Below are positions 27,421 to 35,890 of a DNA stretch of 64,000 nt, piece after piece. Made by a program: the position numbers and the translations under genes. The DNA is from a virus (taxonomy: Duplodnaviria; Caudoviricetes). The DNA lies in the IMG/VR virus record IMGVR_UViG_3300020419_001132; one strand, 5' to 3'. Positions within the stretch are counted from its first letter, which is position 1; every line of letters begins with the position of its first letter. The notes beneath the pieces are model-generated. The model was not told the origin of the DNA and did not search any database. It saw nothing but the letters and a program-made list of their open reading frames with translations.

Positions 27421-27651
27421 TTAGTCCCTCAATGCGGCGTAGCCTTTGTCCTTGGCAATTTCAATAGCTCTTCTTGCGTCTAATGGTTTAATTTTAGGAA
27501 ATTTTTTCTTCAACATTTTAAGAAGTACTCTTTCAGGATAAATGTTTACCTTAGGCACAATATAAGGAAGATATTCGGTCTTCATTTCCTTGCCCGACCA
27601 ATCCATCCATTTGGGCCAACCCCATCCTTCTGTAATTTGGTGTGCTAACAT
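27421..27651 (-). CDS. Putative internal head protein (start MLAHQITE)
   Basis: ATG at 27651 directly after the Cys-rich ORF; capsid-targeting-like N-terminus. Confidence 0.5.
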   Translation of the reverse strand: MLAHQITEGWGWPKWMDWSGKEMKTEYLPYIVPKVNIYPERVLLKMLKKKFPKIKPLDARRAIEIAKDKGYAALRD

Positions 27652-27652
27652 A

Positions 27653-27760
27653 TTACTTACAATGTTTACAACTGCAACCTGTACAAACATCATTTGCACA
27701 GTCTAAACATTCTTCACCGCAATGATGGTCATGTCCACATTTCTCGCACTTGCATTCCAT
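27653..27760 (-). CDS. 35-aa metallothionein-like Cys/His-rich peptide (not in the ORF track)
   Basis: MECKCEKCGHDHHCGEECLDCANDVCTGCSCKHCK: 10 Cys, 4 His; AGGAGAGG SD. Confidence 0.65.
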   Translation of the reverse strand: MECKCEKCGHDHHCGEECLDCANDVCTGCSCKHCK

Positions 27761-27779
27761 AGTCCTCTCCTAAATTATG

Positions 27780-28466
27780 TTATTTTTTTTGTTCTTTTTT
27801 ATAACGTGCTAAAAACTGCTTGTGTTTCGCATGGCTCTCTGCCGCATCTGGGCTTTTCTTATAAATTTTTAGCCAACCCTTATATTCTAAGTCATCTTTG
27901 GAACTGCTCTCTTTTACTTTTCCATATGTTTTACAAGGGTCTTGGCCACAACCACAGTTCTTTTTCTTTTCAACAAGTTTGTTGTTTAGCTTTTCTGATA
28001 GTACATTTTTGTATGGCGTAGGTGCTTTTGCATGGTACTTAGATTCAGCAAATTTCATTTCATAATCTAAGTTGTGGAAAACAGAAGATATGTAATCAGC
28101 GGCTTTAGTAATTTTACTTTGTTGCCAACCTTGTAGTCCTTCTGCTTCTGAAATATTTTTTAGCATATTATGGAGTTTAATAGAATATTTTGCAAGTTTG
28201 TATAAGTCTGATCTAGCCATATCAACTTCGTGATCTTTTTCGACCATATCAGCCATCATTGCCATATTCGAACCTTCTTCTACCGAATCTTTAATTTTAA
28301 CACAGTTATCAACTGTCTTGCCACCTTTTTTCTTAGTGCCCATACGTTTATAGCCCTTCCAACAAACCTTGCCATCTACACCTTTTTGTTTTTCTTCGTC
28401 TAGTGTAGTGTAACTAGGGTTACCACAATCTGGGCATAATTCGCTTTCAAAATGTTTTAATCTCAT
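27780..28466 (-). CDS. Modular putative internal head protein (MRLKHFESE)
   Basis: Modules CWKGYKRMGTKKKGGKTVDNCVK, HEVDMARSDLY...SKITKAADY and CGCGQDPC. Confidence 0.55.
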   Translation of the reverse strand: MRLKHFESELCPDCGNPSYTTLDEEKQKGVDGKVCWKGYKRMGTKKKGGKTVDNCVKIKDSVEEGSNMAMMADMVEKDHEVDMARSDLYKLAKYSIKLHNMLKNISEAEGLQGWQQSKITKAADYISSVFHNLDYEMKFAESKYHAKAPTPYKNVLSEKLNNKLVEKKKNCGCGQDPCKTYGKVKESSSKDDLEYKGWLKIYKKSPDAAESHAKHKQFLARYKKEQKK

Positions 28467-28493
28467 AACATGCTCCTGTTATAGTATTTATGT

Positions 28494-28880
28494 CTAACCG
28501 GCATGCATTGCCGCCATGTGAGCCTTATACTTTTTAGTTCCTTTTTTATGTGGACTTTTACCTTCTACCTTCTTTTTCTTTTTCTTGCCCATACGTGATA
28601 CAACACCTGGACCACCATTAGCAAAACCGTTACCTCCGCCCATACTAGTTGCTATTGCACTTGAACTTGTGGTTTCTAATATGTAATCGCCTTCTTTATG
28701 CTGTTTTACGTCTTTCATTTTTGACATTACTTTTTGTGCATCTTCTTTGTGTCCTGCATCTTTACATGCTTTTTTTATTGCACCTAGACCTGCGGCTCCG
28801 CCTTCTTTCTTGAGTGTTTTACGTATGCAATCCTCGATTGATCCTTTAGATTTGCTTTCTACTATTTCATATACTTTCAT
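28494..28880 (-). CDS. Basic putative internal head protein (start MKVYEIVES)
   Basis: ATGA overlap with the upstream stop at 28877-28880. Confidence 0.55.
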   Translation of the reverse strand: MKVYEIVESKSKGSIEDCIRKTLKKEGGAAGLGAIKKACKDAGHKEDAQKVMSKMKDVKQHKEGDYILETTSSSAIATSMGGGNGFANGGPGVVSRMGKKKKKKVEGKSPHKKGTKKYKAHMAAMHAG

Positions 28881-30445
28881 TTCTTTCTCCCAGATTTCAT
28901 ATTTGCACACCAATGATACATTTTAGCTTTTTCACCTGATGCATTTTTTGCCTTTTTACGTAGACTAGTAACACTACCGTTGCAACTAGCACCTGAACGT
29001 TTTACACGTCCTGGTCTGCTTTTACCCTTTTTTTTACCGTCTGCAAAGTTTTCTACGATTGCTTTTATTTTCCATGGCAACCTAGCAACTTCAACTTCCT
29101 TTATATTTAACATTTTAAGAGCATCTAGTCTATGATGCCCATTAATTATTTTATTGTCACAGTCTACTACAATATGATTGTATTTACCAGCTGTCAATCT
29201 GTCAACCTGTCTTTTAAAGTTTTCCATAATACGTTCTTGTTGCACAGGGATAAGATCTTTTACTTGTACTTTTTCTATTGTATGTTTAATATTTTGTAAA
29301 TTTTTATTTTTTATTTGTGGAAGTTGGTCTCTTGTATAAGATTCCTTCTTTTGTTGATTCATTGCTATTGCGTAAATAGCACCTTCTGGATCCATTCCTT
29401 TTTCTTTAGCCCATTTTGCTATATTTTTTTTTGCTTTGGGTTTACTTTTTAGTTTGTCAGCTTTTTTATGGGCTGACTTAATATCCGACTTGCTCATATC
29501 TTCTTTCATTAGTGTTTTTAAATTTCTAGCTGTTCTTTCAAACTTATGATCTTTATGTTTAAAGCCCATACCACCAGCGGCTTCCCATTTTCCTATGTTT
29601 ATTCCGTAGTCGTCAATTAGTATGTTAGGAGTGCCATCAGATTGAGATGCGTACTTGGCTTTATCAAATGTAATAATAATATTCTTAGGTGGAAAGAATG
29701 ATAAGTGTTTTTCAATCCATTGTCTTTTATGTGGTTCTGAATTAGGATCATCTGGCAACGGACTGCTTAAAATGTTGTACGATCCTTTGATGTCTTTGAT
29801 TAGAGATAGTAGGTTTTTTGCATTACTTGTCACTGGCAAATTTAGCCAAAAATCTTCTGTATCTCTTATCTTTTGCAAGGCTGGTTTTATGTCTTTTATG
29901 TTTCTCCAATCCTTACCAACAAGTTTTTTCCAGTCTCCAAAAAAATCTGCTAATACACCGTCCATGTCAACATAGATCTCACTTTGTGCATTTATGTCTT
30001 CTTTTACTTGTTCTTTTTCTTTTTTTCTATTCTTAGATATCTGATGTGCAAAATATCCTCCTGCACTACCACCTATTAAATATCTAAGGAAATCTACAAC
30101 TACTTCAGGACTCACACCAGGTGGCATTCTTCTAAGGAATTCTGTCATTATTTCCTTAGCTTTTTTTGCTCCTTTTTTCTTAGCTAATAGTGTAAAAGCC
30201 GCGACTATGATTGGCCAAACTTGTATTGCTTCTGTAACTTGTACTGATTCTGCAAGTCCTAAGTTATAGAGAACATTAGTGCTTTTACCTTTTACTTTTT
30301 TACTTAATGTAGGAGGTCTTCCGTCTTTGTCTACAGTATTACCAAACTTTTTTGCTTGTCTTGGGATTTCATTAGTACCCACATCAACTGTTGTGTTAAC
30401 ACCCTTTACTATTCTGCCGTCTTCGTATAATTCACCTACTTTCAT
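28877..30445 (-). CDS. Multidomain head polyprotein: HAD 5'(3')-deoxyribonucleotidase-like + ParB/Srx-like + basic modules
   Basis: IYVDMDGVLADF...ILIDD...WEAAGG; IVVDCDNKIINGHHRLDAL; N-terminus MKVGELYE. Confidence 0.7.
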   Translation of the reverse strand: MKVGELYEDGRIVKGVNTTVDVGTNEIPRQAKKFGNTVDKDGRPPTLSKKVKGKSTNVLYNLGLAESVQVTEAIQVWPIIVAAFTLLAKKKGAKKAKEIMTEFLRRMPPGVSPEVVVDFLRYLIGGSAGGYFAHQISKNRKKEKEQVKEDINAQSEIYVDMDGVLADFFGDWKKLVGKDWRNIKDIKPALQKIRDTEDFWLNLPVTSNAKNLLSLIKDIKGSYNILSSPLPDDPNSEPHKRQWIEKHLSFFPPKNIIITFDKAKYASQSDGTPNILIDDYGINIGKWEAAGGMGFKHKDHKFERTARNLKTLMKEDMSKSDIKSAHKKADKLKSKPKAKKNIAKWAKEKGMDPEGAIYAIAMNQQKKESYTRDQLPQIKNKNLQNIKHTIEKVQVKDLIPVQQERIMENFKRQVDRLTAGKYNHIVVDCDNKIINGHHRLDALKMLNIKEVEVARLPWKIKAIVENFADGKKKGKSRPGRVKRSGASCNGSVTSLRKKAKNASGEKAKMYHWCANMKSGRKK

Positions 30446-30663
30446 TTCTTCCTGCCTCTAAATTGAACAGGTCCAGTCATGTAGGGTTTAGAAAACCATA
30501 GCTTAAACCAGTCAGCATCTCCAGGCTTAACTCCTAGTTTCTTTTCTTTACGTTTTAATTCTGCGGCTGTTTCAGAGGGGTTTTCGTCTATCTTGTATTC
30601 AGTAAATCCTTTGAACTCATTTACACCTGCAAGACGTTTTAGTTCTTCAATACTAGAATACAT
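30442..30663 (-). CDS. Small putative internal head protein (EELKRLAGVNE)
   Basis: Shared LAGVNE motif; ATGA overlap. Confidence 0.55.
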   Translation of the reverse strand: MYSSIEELKRLAGVNEFKGFTEYKIDENPSETAAELKRKEKKLGVKPGDADWFKLWFSKPYMTGPVQFRGRKK

Positions 30664-30667
30664 TAGA

Positions 30668-32131
30668 CTACCCCTTTACACCTACATCTGGATTAACTGC
30701 CCTTGGTGCTTGAGGTGCTCTTTGTTTTGCTATTCTAGCATTTTGATCTTGATTAGTTTTGTCTAATGACGCCCACCATTCCTTAGCACCTGCGATTGCC
30801 TGATTAGCAGGAATACTACGTCCGTTTTTAAGGAATTTTACATCAGCAATAGCCATTAGTTGTTTTAATCTTTCTGAGTGATTTACATTAGGCATAGGTC
30901 TGCCCATTTGGCTTTGCCGTGTATATGCTAAGTATTTGTCTATAGACTTTTGCATTCTTTCTTTGCCGTATTTTTGTAATTTTGCTGGATTAGATTTTAA
31001 AACTATTGTTACATCATTAAAAGGATCAAACATTGCATTTTTAACTGTTACCCCCGACTTGTCTTTATTTACTGAGAAGCCGCCAGCTCCTACTCCAATA
31101 TTACCGGAGTCTGCTATTTTGTTGCCCTTCATATCATACGTTGCACTTTGGTCTACGTTTGCCTCTCCATTATCAGTTTTAACACTAGTTACAAAATTTA
31201 ATTTAATTTTTCTTTGCACATAGTCATATGTATATTCCAATCCTTTGATAGCTGGTGTTTTCCACATTGTCATTCTTCCATCGACAAATGTGTACTTACC
31301 TCCGCCATTGCTTACATGTACTTTATTGTCATCATATTTGTCTTGTACATAGGTTGTTCCATCATCTGCAGTATATCCAGTTCTGTTAACTGGTATAGTT
31401 GCATCTGGTGCCTTAGGTGGATTTTGTGGCTTAAGAACCTTTATTTTATCCGGTAAAGTATCTCCAACTGCTTCGTTTTTTTGACCCTGACCAAAAACTT
31501 TCTTGCGTCTTTTAAAATCCTTTTTTACTTTGTCCACAACATCTTTAACTATATTTTCACCAATAGCATCGACACCCATTAAACCTTGTAGTTTTTTAAA
31601 CATTTCTTCTGCAAAAGGTAATGCAGATTTTGTAACACCTAACTTGAATGCTTCTATATCATTATCCATTACAGTTTGTCGTAATTTACTTGCACTCATA
31701 CCCGTGGCATCTTCTGCATCTGGATCTCTAGTTAACCGCACTAGTTTTAAAGTATCAAAATTGTAATCGTGTTGATCCATTTTTTTACCATTGTATGATT
31801 GAAGTACATTGCCCATTTTAGGCTCACCTTCTAGATATATTAGATCAGTGTAACCCATTTTATATAATCTATCAGCCGCCAAAAAAGGACTCTTAGCAAG
31901 TCCTACAGCAATGCCGTTAAAACTTTTTTGTGCCCATGCTAATTTTTCTTCGGAACTTAATGGATCTGTAGGAAGTTTAGATGCTCTATCACTTAAAAAC
32001 AAAAAAGGATCTGCATTCTGTCTTTTAATTTCTTCTATTAATAGTTCATGTCCAGAGGTGGCAGGATTTAAACGACCAAATGCAAACGCCGCAGTTTTTT
32101 TTGGTGCTTCAAATAACTGCCTTAATCTCAT
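30668..32131 (-). CDS. HIGH-superfamily nucleotidyltransferase fused to an unknown C-terminal domain
   Basis: FAFGRLNPATSGHELL, MSASKLR; N-terminus MRLRQLFE. Confidence 0.7.
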   Translation of the reverse strand: MRLRQLFEAPKKTAAFAFGRLNPATSGHELLIEEIKRQNADPFLFLSDRASKLPTDPLSSEEKLAWAQKSFNGIAVGLAKSPFLAADRLYKMGYTDLIYLEGEPKMGNVLQSYNGKKMDQHDYNFDTLKLVRLTRDPDAEDATGMSASKLRQTVMDNDIEAFKLGVTKSALPFAEEMFKKLQGLMGVDAIGENIVKDVVDKVKKDFKRRKKVFGQGQKNEAVGDTLPDKIKVLKPQNPPKAPDATIPVNRTGYTADDGTTYVQDKYDDNKVHVSNGGGKYTFVDGRMTMWKTPAIKGLEYTYDYVQRKIKLNFVTSVKTDNGEANVDQSATYDMKGNKIADSGNIGVGAGGFSVNKDKSGVTVKNAMFDPFNDVTIVLKSNPAKLQKYGKERMQKSIDKYLAYTRQSQMGRPMPNVNHSERLKQLMAIADVKFLKNGRSIPANQAIAGAKEWWASLDKTNQDQNARIAKQRAPQAPRAVNPDVGVKG

Positions 32132-34272
32132 GTATATTCACCATTGTTAATTTGTTCTATCTCTTCAGAGTAGATTTTATCGTACAATGCTTGTCTATGA
32201 TCCTGTTTAAAAACTTCATCTGGCATTTTAGCAACATTATATTTTTTGCAGTAAGAGTTAATGCCATTGTCTACTAATGGCATAACAATCATTTTAGGAT
32301 CAAAAACTTTTCTACCTTTAGTAAGTTCTGCAATTTTACACATTGCTGGATAATACTGTTTTCTGTAAAAGTCTCTATCATTTTTCATATGTACGTGTGT
32401 ATCGTCTATAACATCAAAATTAAATTGTTGTTCTAAACCTGCTAGTTCAACTATTCTGTATAAATCTTTCATATCTTTACCATCTCTCAAATCATTTTTT
32501 CTTTTTGGATCATATTGGTCACCGTCCCATTTACCACTTTTTGTGTTATATTTGATGTTACCTTTGCTATCCATTACGCCTCCCGGATGTACCATTTCTT
32601 TTGACTTTGCAATTTTACCATCTGTGCCTCTATAAGAGTCGTACTCAGCTTCTAATTTTTTGTACTCGGGAGAATCCGTATATTCAAAGCCATCTGTCTT
32701 GTCACCAAGTGCGTCCATTTGATCTCTTATTTTTTTCTTCTCTGCACGTAGTTTTTGAGTTTCTTTTGTTGCTCTCATAACTTTTGCAAATCTTGTAGTG
32801 CTTCCCCCACCTGAGGTGCTTGTTGTATTGCTAGATCCACCTGTTGTTGTAACATTGCTTGTGCTTGTACTGGTAGACGATGATGTGGTTTTGACATCTG
32901 CACCACCTTTTTTCATAGCCGCGATTTTGTCTTTGCTTTTTTGCATTGCAGAGTCCATATCGTCGTCATCATCGCCGTCTAGCATTCTATCAAAGTCGTC
33001 TTTTCCATCAGCATCGCGTTTTGTGTTTGTAAACTTGTCTTGCTTTGCCTGCATTGCATCAGCTTCGTCTTTATCTATTTCAACTTCTTTGCCTGTTTTA
33101 GGGTCAGTTTTGTAATATTTTGTTGTACTTTTTTTATTTTTACCTGAGTATCTTCCTTCAGGTTTTTCAGGCAACCCTGTAACACCTGCTTTAACTAGTT
33201 GTTGTTTTATTCTATTGGTGTTCATTAACCTTGCAAAATATCTGTTGCCTTTTACTGCATCTATCAACGCCTGTAGTTCTTGTAATTCAGGTTGACTCAG
33301 TGCTTCGTGTAATAATTTTCCTAGCATACTTTGAAAGTCAATACCTGCAGTTACAGAACTAGAATCTACTTTTTTCAATAAAGCATTTATACGTTTACTA
33401 ACATCGTTTCGCGACATTTGTTTACCATTAATATTAAAAGTATCGTCCTTGGTTGATGCTTTAGTAGTTGCTGTCTTTGTGCCATCTGGGTCTTGTTGTG
33501 CTGGTGTTGCTCCTGTAGTAGCTGGTGCTGTTTTATCAGGAGGTGATACTTTAGGTGCTTTATCTTTAGGATCAGGTGTTGCTGTCTTTGTGCCATCTGG
33601 GTCTTGTTGTGCTGTTGTGGTTCCTGTTGTATCTGATGCTGTTGGAGTGCCTCCAGGTGCAGTAGTTTGTGTTTGTGCATCAGGTGATACTGGTGCTGTT
33701 TGTTGTCCTGTAGTTGTGTCCTGTCCTGCAGGTGTTGCTCCTGTCGTAGCAGGTGCTGTTTTATCCTGAGGAGATACTTTAGGTGTTTTATCCTGGGGGT
33801 TTTGTTGTACTGGAGCTGGTGTTGTAGTTGCACCGGGCGATACTTTATCTTTTGGATTAGGTGCTGGTGCAGTTGTTTGGTTTGCCTGTGTAGTATTTGC
33901 CTGAGCGTCAGCCGGTCCGTCAACACCTTGAGTTGTATTTCCTGATGGCTGAGCTGGTTGTGCTGGAGCCGTCGGAGCAGGTTCTTGTGCGGGTTCTTTT
34001 TGTACACCTGCACTTTGCATAGCCTTCAATGTTCCTGGGCCTGCATCTCCGTCTACTGCTATTCCTTGTTTTTGTTGAAAAGCTCTAACTGCATTGGCAG
34101 TACCTTTTCCGTAAATTCCATCTTCGCCTCCGGCATTAAAGCCGTTAGCATTTAACCATTTTTGTAATTCTACAACTTCAGGCAGTTTGTTAGCACCATA
34201 CCCGCTTTTTTTCCAAAGGCTTTGTGTAGTGTCTACATTAAGTTCTAAAAGGATTTCTGCCCAAGCTACCAT
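32128..34272 (-). CDS. Peptidoglycan-binding-domain protein with a P/T/A/Q linker and C-terminal modules
   Basis: VVELQKWLNANGF...DGIYGKGTANAVRAFQ...VDGDAGPGT (PG_binding_1 pattern). Confidence 0.7.
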   Translation of the reverse strand: MVAWAEILLELNVDTTQSLWKKSGYGANKLPEVVELQKWLNANGFNAGGEDGIYGKGTANAVRAFQQKQGIAVDGDAGPGTLKAMQSAGVQKEPAQEPAPTAPAQPAQPSGNTTQGVDGPADAQANTTQANQTTAPAPNPKDKVSPGATTTPAPVQQNPQDKTPKVSPQDKTAPATTGATPAGQDTTTGQQTAPVSPDAQTQTTAPGGTPTASDTTGTTTAQQDPDGTKTATPDPKDKAPKVSPPDKTAPATTGATPAQQDPDGTKTATTKASTKDDTFNINGKQMSRNDVSKRINALLKKVDSSSVTAGIDFQSMLGKLLHEALSQPELQELQALIDAVKGNRYFARLMNTNRIKQQLVKAGVTGLPEKPEGRYSGKNKKSTTKYYKTDPKTGKEVEIDKDEADAMQAKQDKFTNTKRDADGKDDFDRMLDGDDDDDMDSAMQKSKDKIAAMKKGGADVKTTSSSTSTSTSNVTTTGGSSNTTSTSGGGSTTRFAKVMRATKETQKLRAEKKKIRDQMDALGDKTDGFEYTDSPEYKKLEAEYDSYRGTDGKIAKSKEMVHPGGVMDSKGNIKYNTKSGKWDGDQYDPKRKNDLRDGKDMKDLYRIVELAGLEQQFNFDVIDDTHVHMKNDRDFYRKQYYPAMCKIAELTKGRKVFDPKMIVMPLVDNGINSYCKKYNVAKMPDEVFKQDHRQALYDKIYSEEIEQINNGEYT
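33467..33614. repeat. Two identical 37-bp direct repeats (33467-33503, 33578-33614) within a degenerate coding repeat
   Basis: gttgctgtctttgtgccatctgggtcttgttgtgctg twice, 111 bp apart; encodes AQQDPDGTKTAT. Confidence 0.9.
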
Positions 34273-34835
34273 TTTCTACAACTCCAGTAACGAGCCTTAT
34301 GACGCGGTCCTGGATTAGCACAGTTATGTCTTGCTCTAAAGGAACGTCTACGTGCCGGATTAGACTTTTTAATTTTCACGCCTTTTTGCCCAAAGTTAAC
34401 TTTAACTACATTACCTTTTGGATTCTTTACATAGACTTTAAATTTCTTAACATCTCCAGCCATTGGCTTACCAAGTTTGACTTTACGTCCTTGGTATTCT
34501 GCTTCGTCAATAACATCATCTTCGTTAAACCACATAACACCATATTCTGCAAAAAAATCATCGTCATCATCAAATGTAACTTCGTCTAATTCTTCTGCTT
34601 CGTCTGTTGATACTTCTATATCAAAATCTTCGTATCCTTCAGCAAAAAGGTACTTACTTAACCTTTCAGCATATTCGTCTGATTCTTCGTTAGTTAGTTG
34701 TCTAGCTAAAGGTATTTCTAAAACTCTAGCACCCTGTTCTGATTCTAAAACAGTTAGATTTGGAAAAATAGATTCATCTAGGTTTTCGTTTAAATTATCA
34801 TCTTTTTCAAATACTATTCTTACAAAATGTTCCAT
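34266..34835 (-). CDS. Acidic N-terminal / basic C-terminal putative DNA-binding head protein
   Basis: C-terminal KVYVKNPKGNVVKVNFG...RRRSFRARHNC...ARYWSCRKW; MEHFVRIVFE start. Confidence 0.55.
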   Translation of the reverse strand: MEHFVRIVFEKDDNLNENLDESIFPNLTVLESEQGARVLEIPLARQLTNEESDEYAERLSKYLFAEGYEDFDIEVSTDEAEELDEVTFDDDDDFFAEYGVMWFNEDDVIDEAEYQGRKVKLGKPMAGDVKKFKVYVKNPKGNVVKVNFGQKGVKIKKSNPARRRSFRARHNCANPGPRHKARYWSCRKW

Positions 34836-34845
34836 TGCTTCGTCC

Positions 34846-35211
34846 TTAATGATTTAAAACAACACCATTTACAGTTCCGTCTGTATAGGTTACTACTATT
34901 CTTATCCACACATAATTACCTGTAACGTTACGTATTGCACTTGTAGTCTGTGTAGATAAAGTGTTAGTATCTACAGTAAACCAGTCTGCTTCTGCTGGTG
35001 TTGTCGCAAGTGTGCCTTGTATTAGTATTGTTCCACTGAATCCATCAAGATTATATTGTATACTATGTAAACCATCAGATCGTCCATAGTATCCATCACC
35101 TTTTAGTTTATCAGATGTATTCGTCACTGACGTGCTGTCACCCGGATGGGTGAAACTAGTGTTGTTTGTTGAGCTTATTACAAAATTAAATGTTTCACTG
35201 TTTGCTGGCAT
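34846..35211 (-). CDS. Small beta-rich virion protein
   Basis: S/T/G-rich sequence; late promoter 5 nt upstream. Confidence 0.5.
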   Translation of the reverse strand: MPANSETFNFVISSTNNTSFTHPGDSTSVTNTSDKLKGDGYYGRSDGLHSIQYNLDGFSGTILIQGTLATTPAEADWFTVDTNTLSTQTTSAIRNVTGNYVWIRIVVTYTDGTVNGVVLNH

Positions 35212-35215
35212 ACAA

Positions 35216-35890
35216 TTATTTATCTATATTTTGCCTGCTTACCAATTTGTCTATTCTTGCAAAACTAGTGCCAGCAATCAAATTACACAACATCAGAGTT
35301 GAATCATTTTTAGCATACATATATCGTCCAGCAACATAGCCGTTTTTCTTTATTTCATCATTAGTAGCAGGAGTAATTTTAACTTTATTTTTATTTCTCT
35401 CACACCAGTCACCAAATGAAGCTGGAAGAGGATTATTCCCAAATGTAATCTTATATTCATATGGAAAATCACCATTAACAATCATAGTTTTGTGATTATC
35501 CATTAAAAATTGTGCTAGTTTTGGATCTGGCTCATAAAACTCTGTAATAGATGTAATTTTTTTAGCTATACTTTTAAGCCAAGGTTTGTCATTAGAATAA
35601 ACTTTAACAACATTACCTTCACATCTTAACATATACTCATTTGTATACCTAAAACATTCATTAAAAAAAGTTCTTACATCAGTAAACTCGTCTTGTTTTA
35701 TTTGCTTCTCTTTCATAGTCTTTTTAATCCATAGAGGAAGACCAGATTCGTGAGAACGTTGTAAGTCATCTATAATAGACTTCGCATACCTAAAGTTTTT
35801 ATTTCTAAAGATACTAGCTATAGGATTTCTAAATGACATTCCATAAAGATATTTGTTGTAAAATAGTTTTTTTGTTTCAAACTTTTTCAA
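35216..35890 (-). CDS. Hypothetical protein
   Basis: ORF coupled to clpA. Confidence 0.55.
   Translation of the reverse strand: MKKFETKKLFYNKYLYGMSFRNPIASIFRNKNFRYAKSIIDDLQRSHESGLPLWIKKTMKEKQIKQDEFTDVRTFFNECFRYTNEYMLRCEGNVVKVYSNDKPWLKSIAKKITSITEFYEPDPKLAQFLMDNHKTMIVNGDFPYEYKITFGNNPLPASFGDWCERNKNKVKITPATNDEIKKNGYVAGRYMYAKNDSTLMLCNLIAGTSFARIDKLVSRQNIDK

Noticed and set aside
33387-34013. 208-aa Gln/His-rich alternative-frame ORF and the plus-strand ORFs over the linker
   Set aside because: Shadows of the low-complexity P/T/A codons in 32128..34272; no SD or domain
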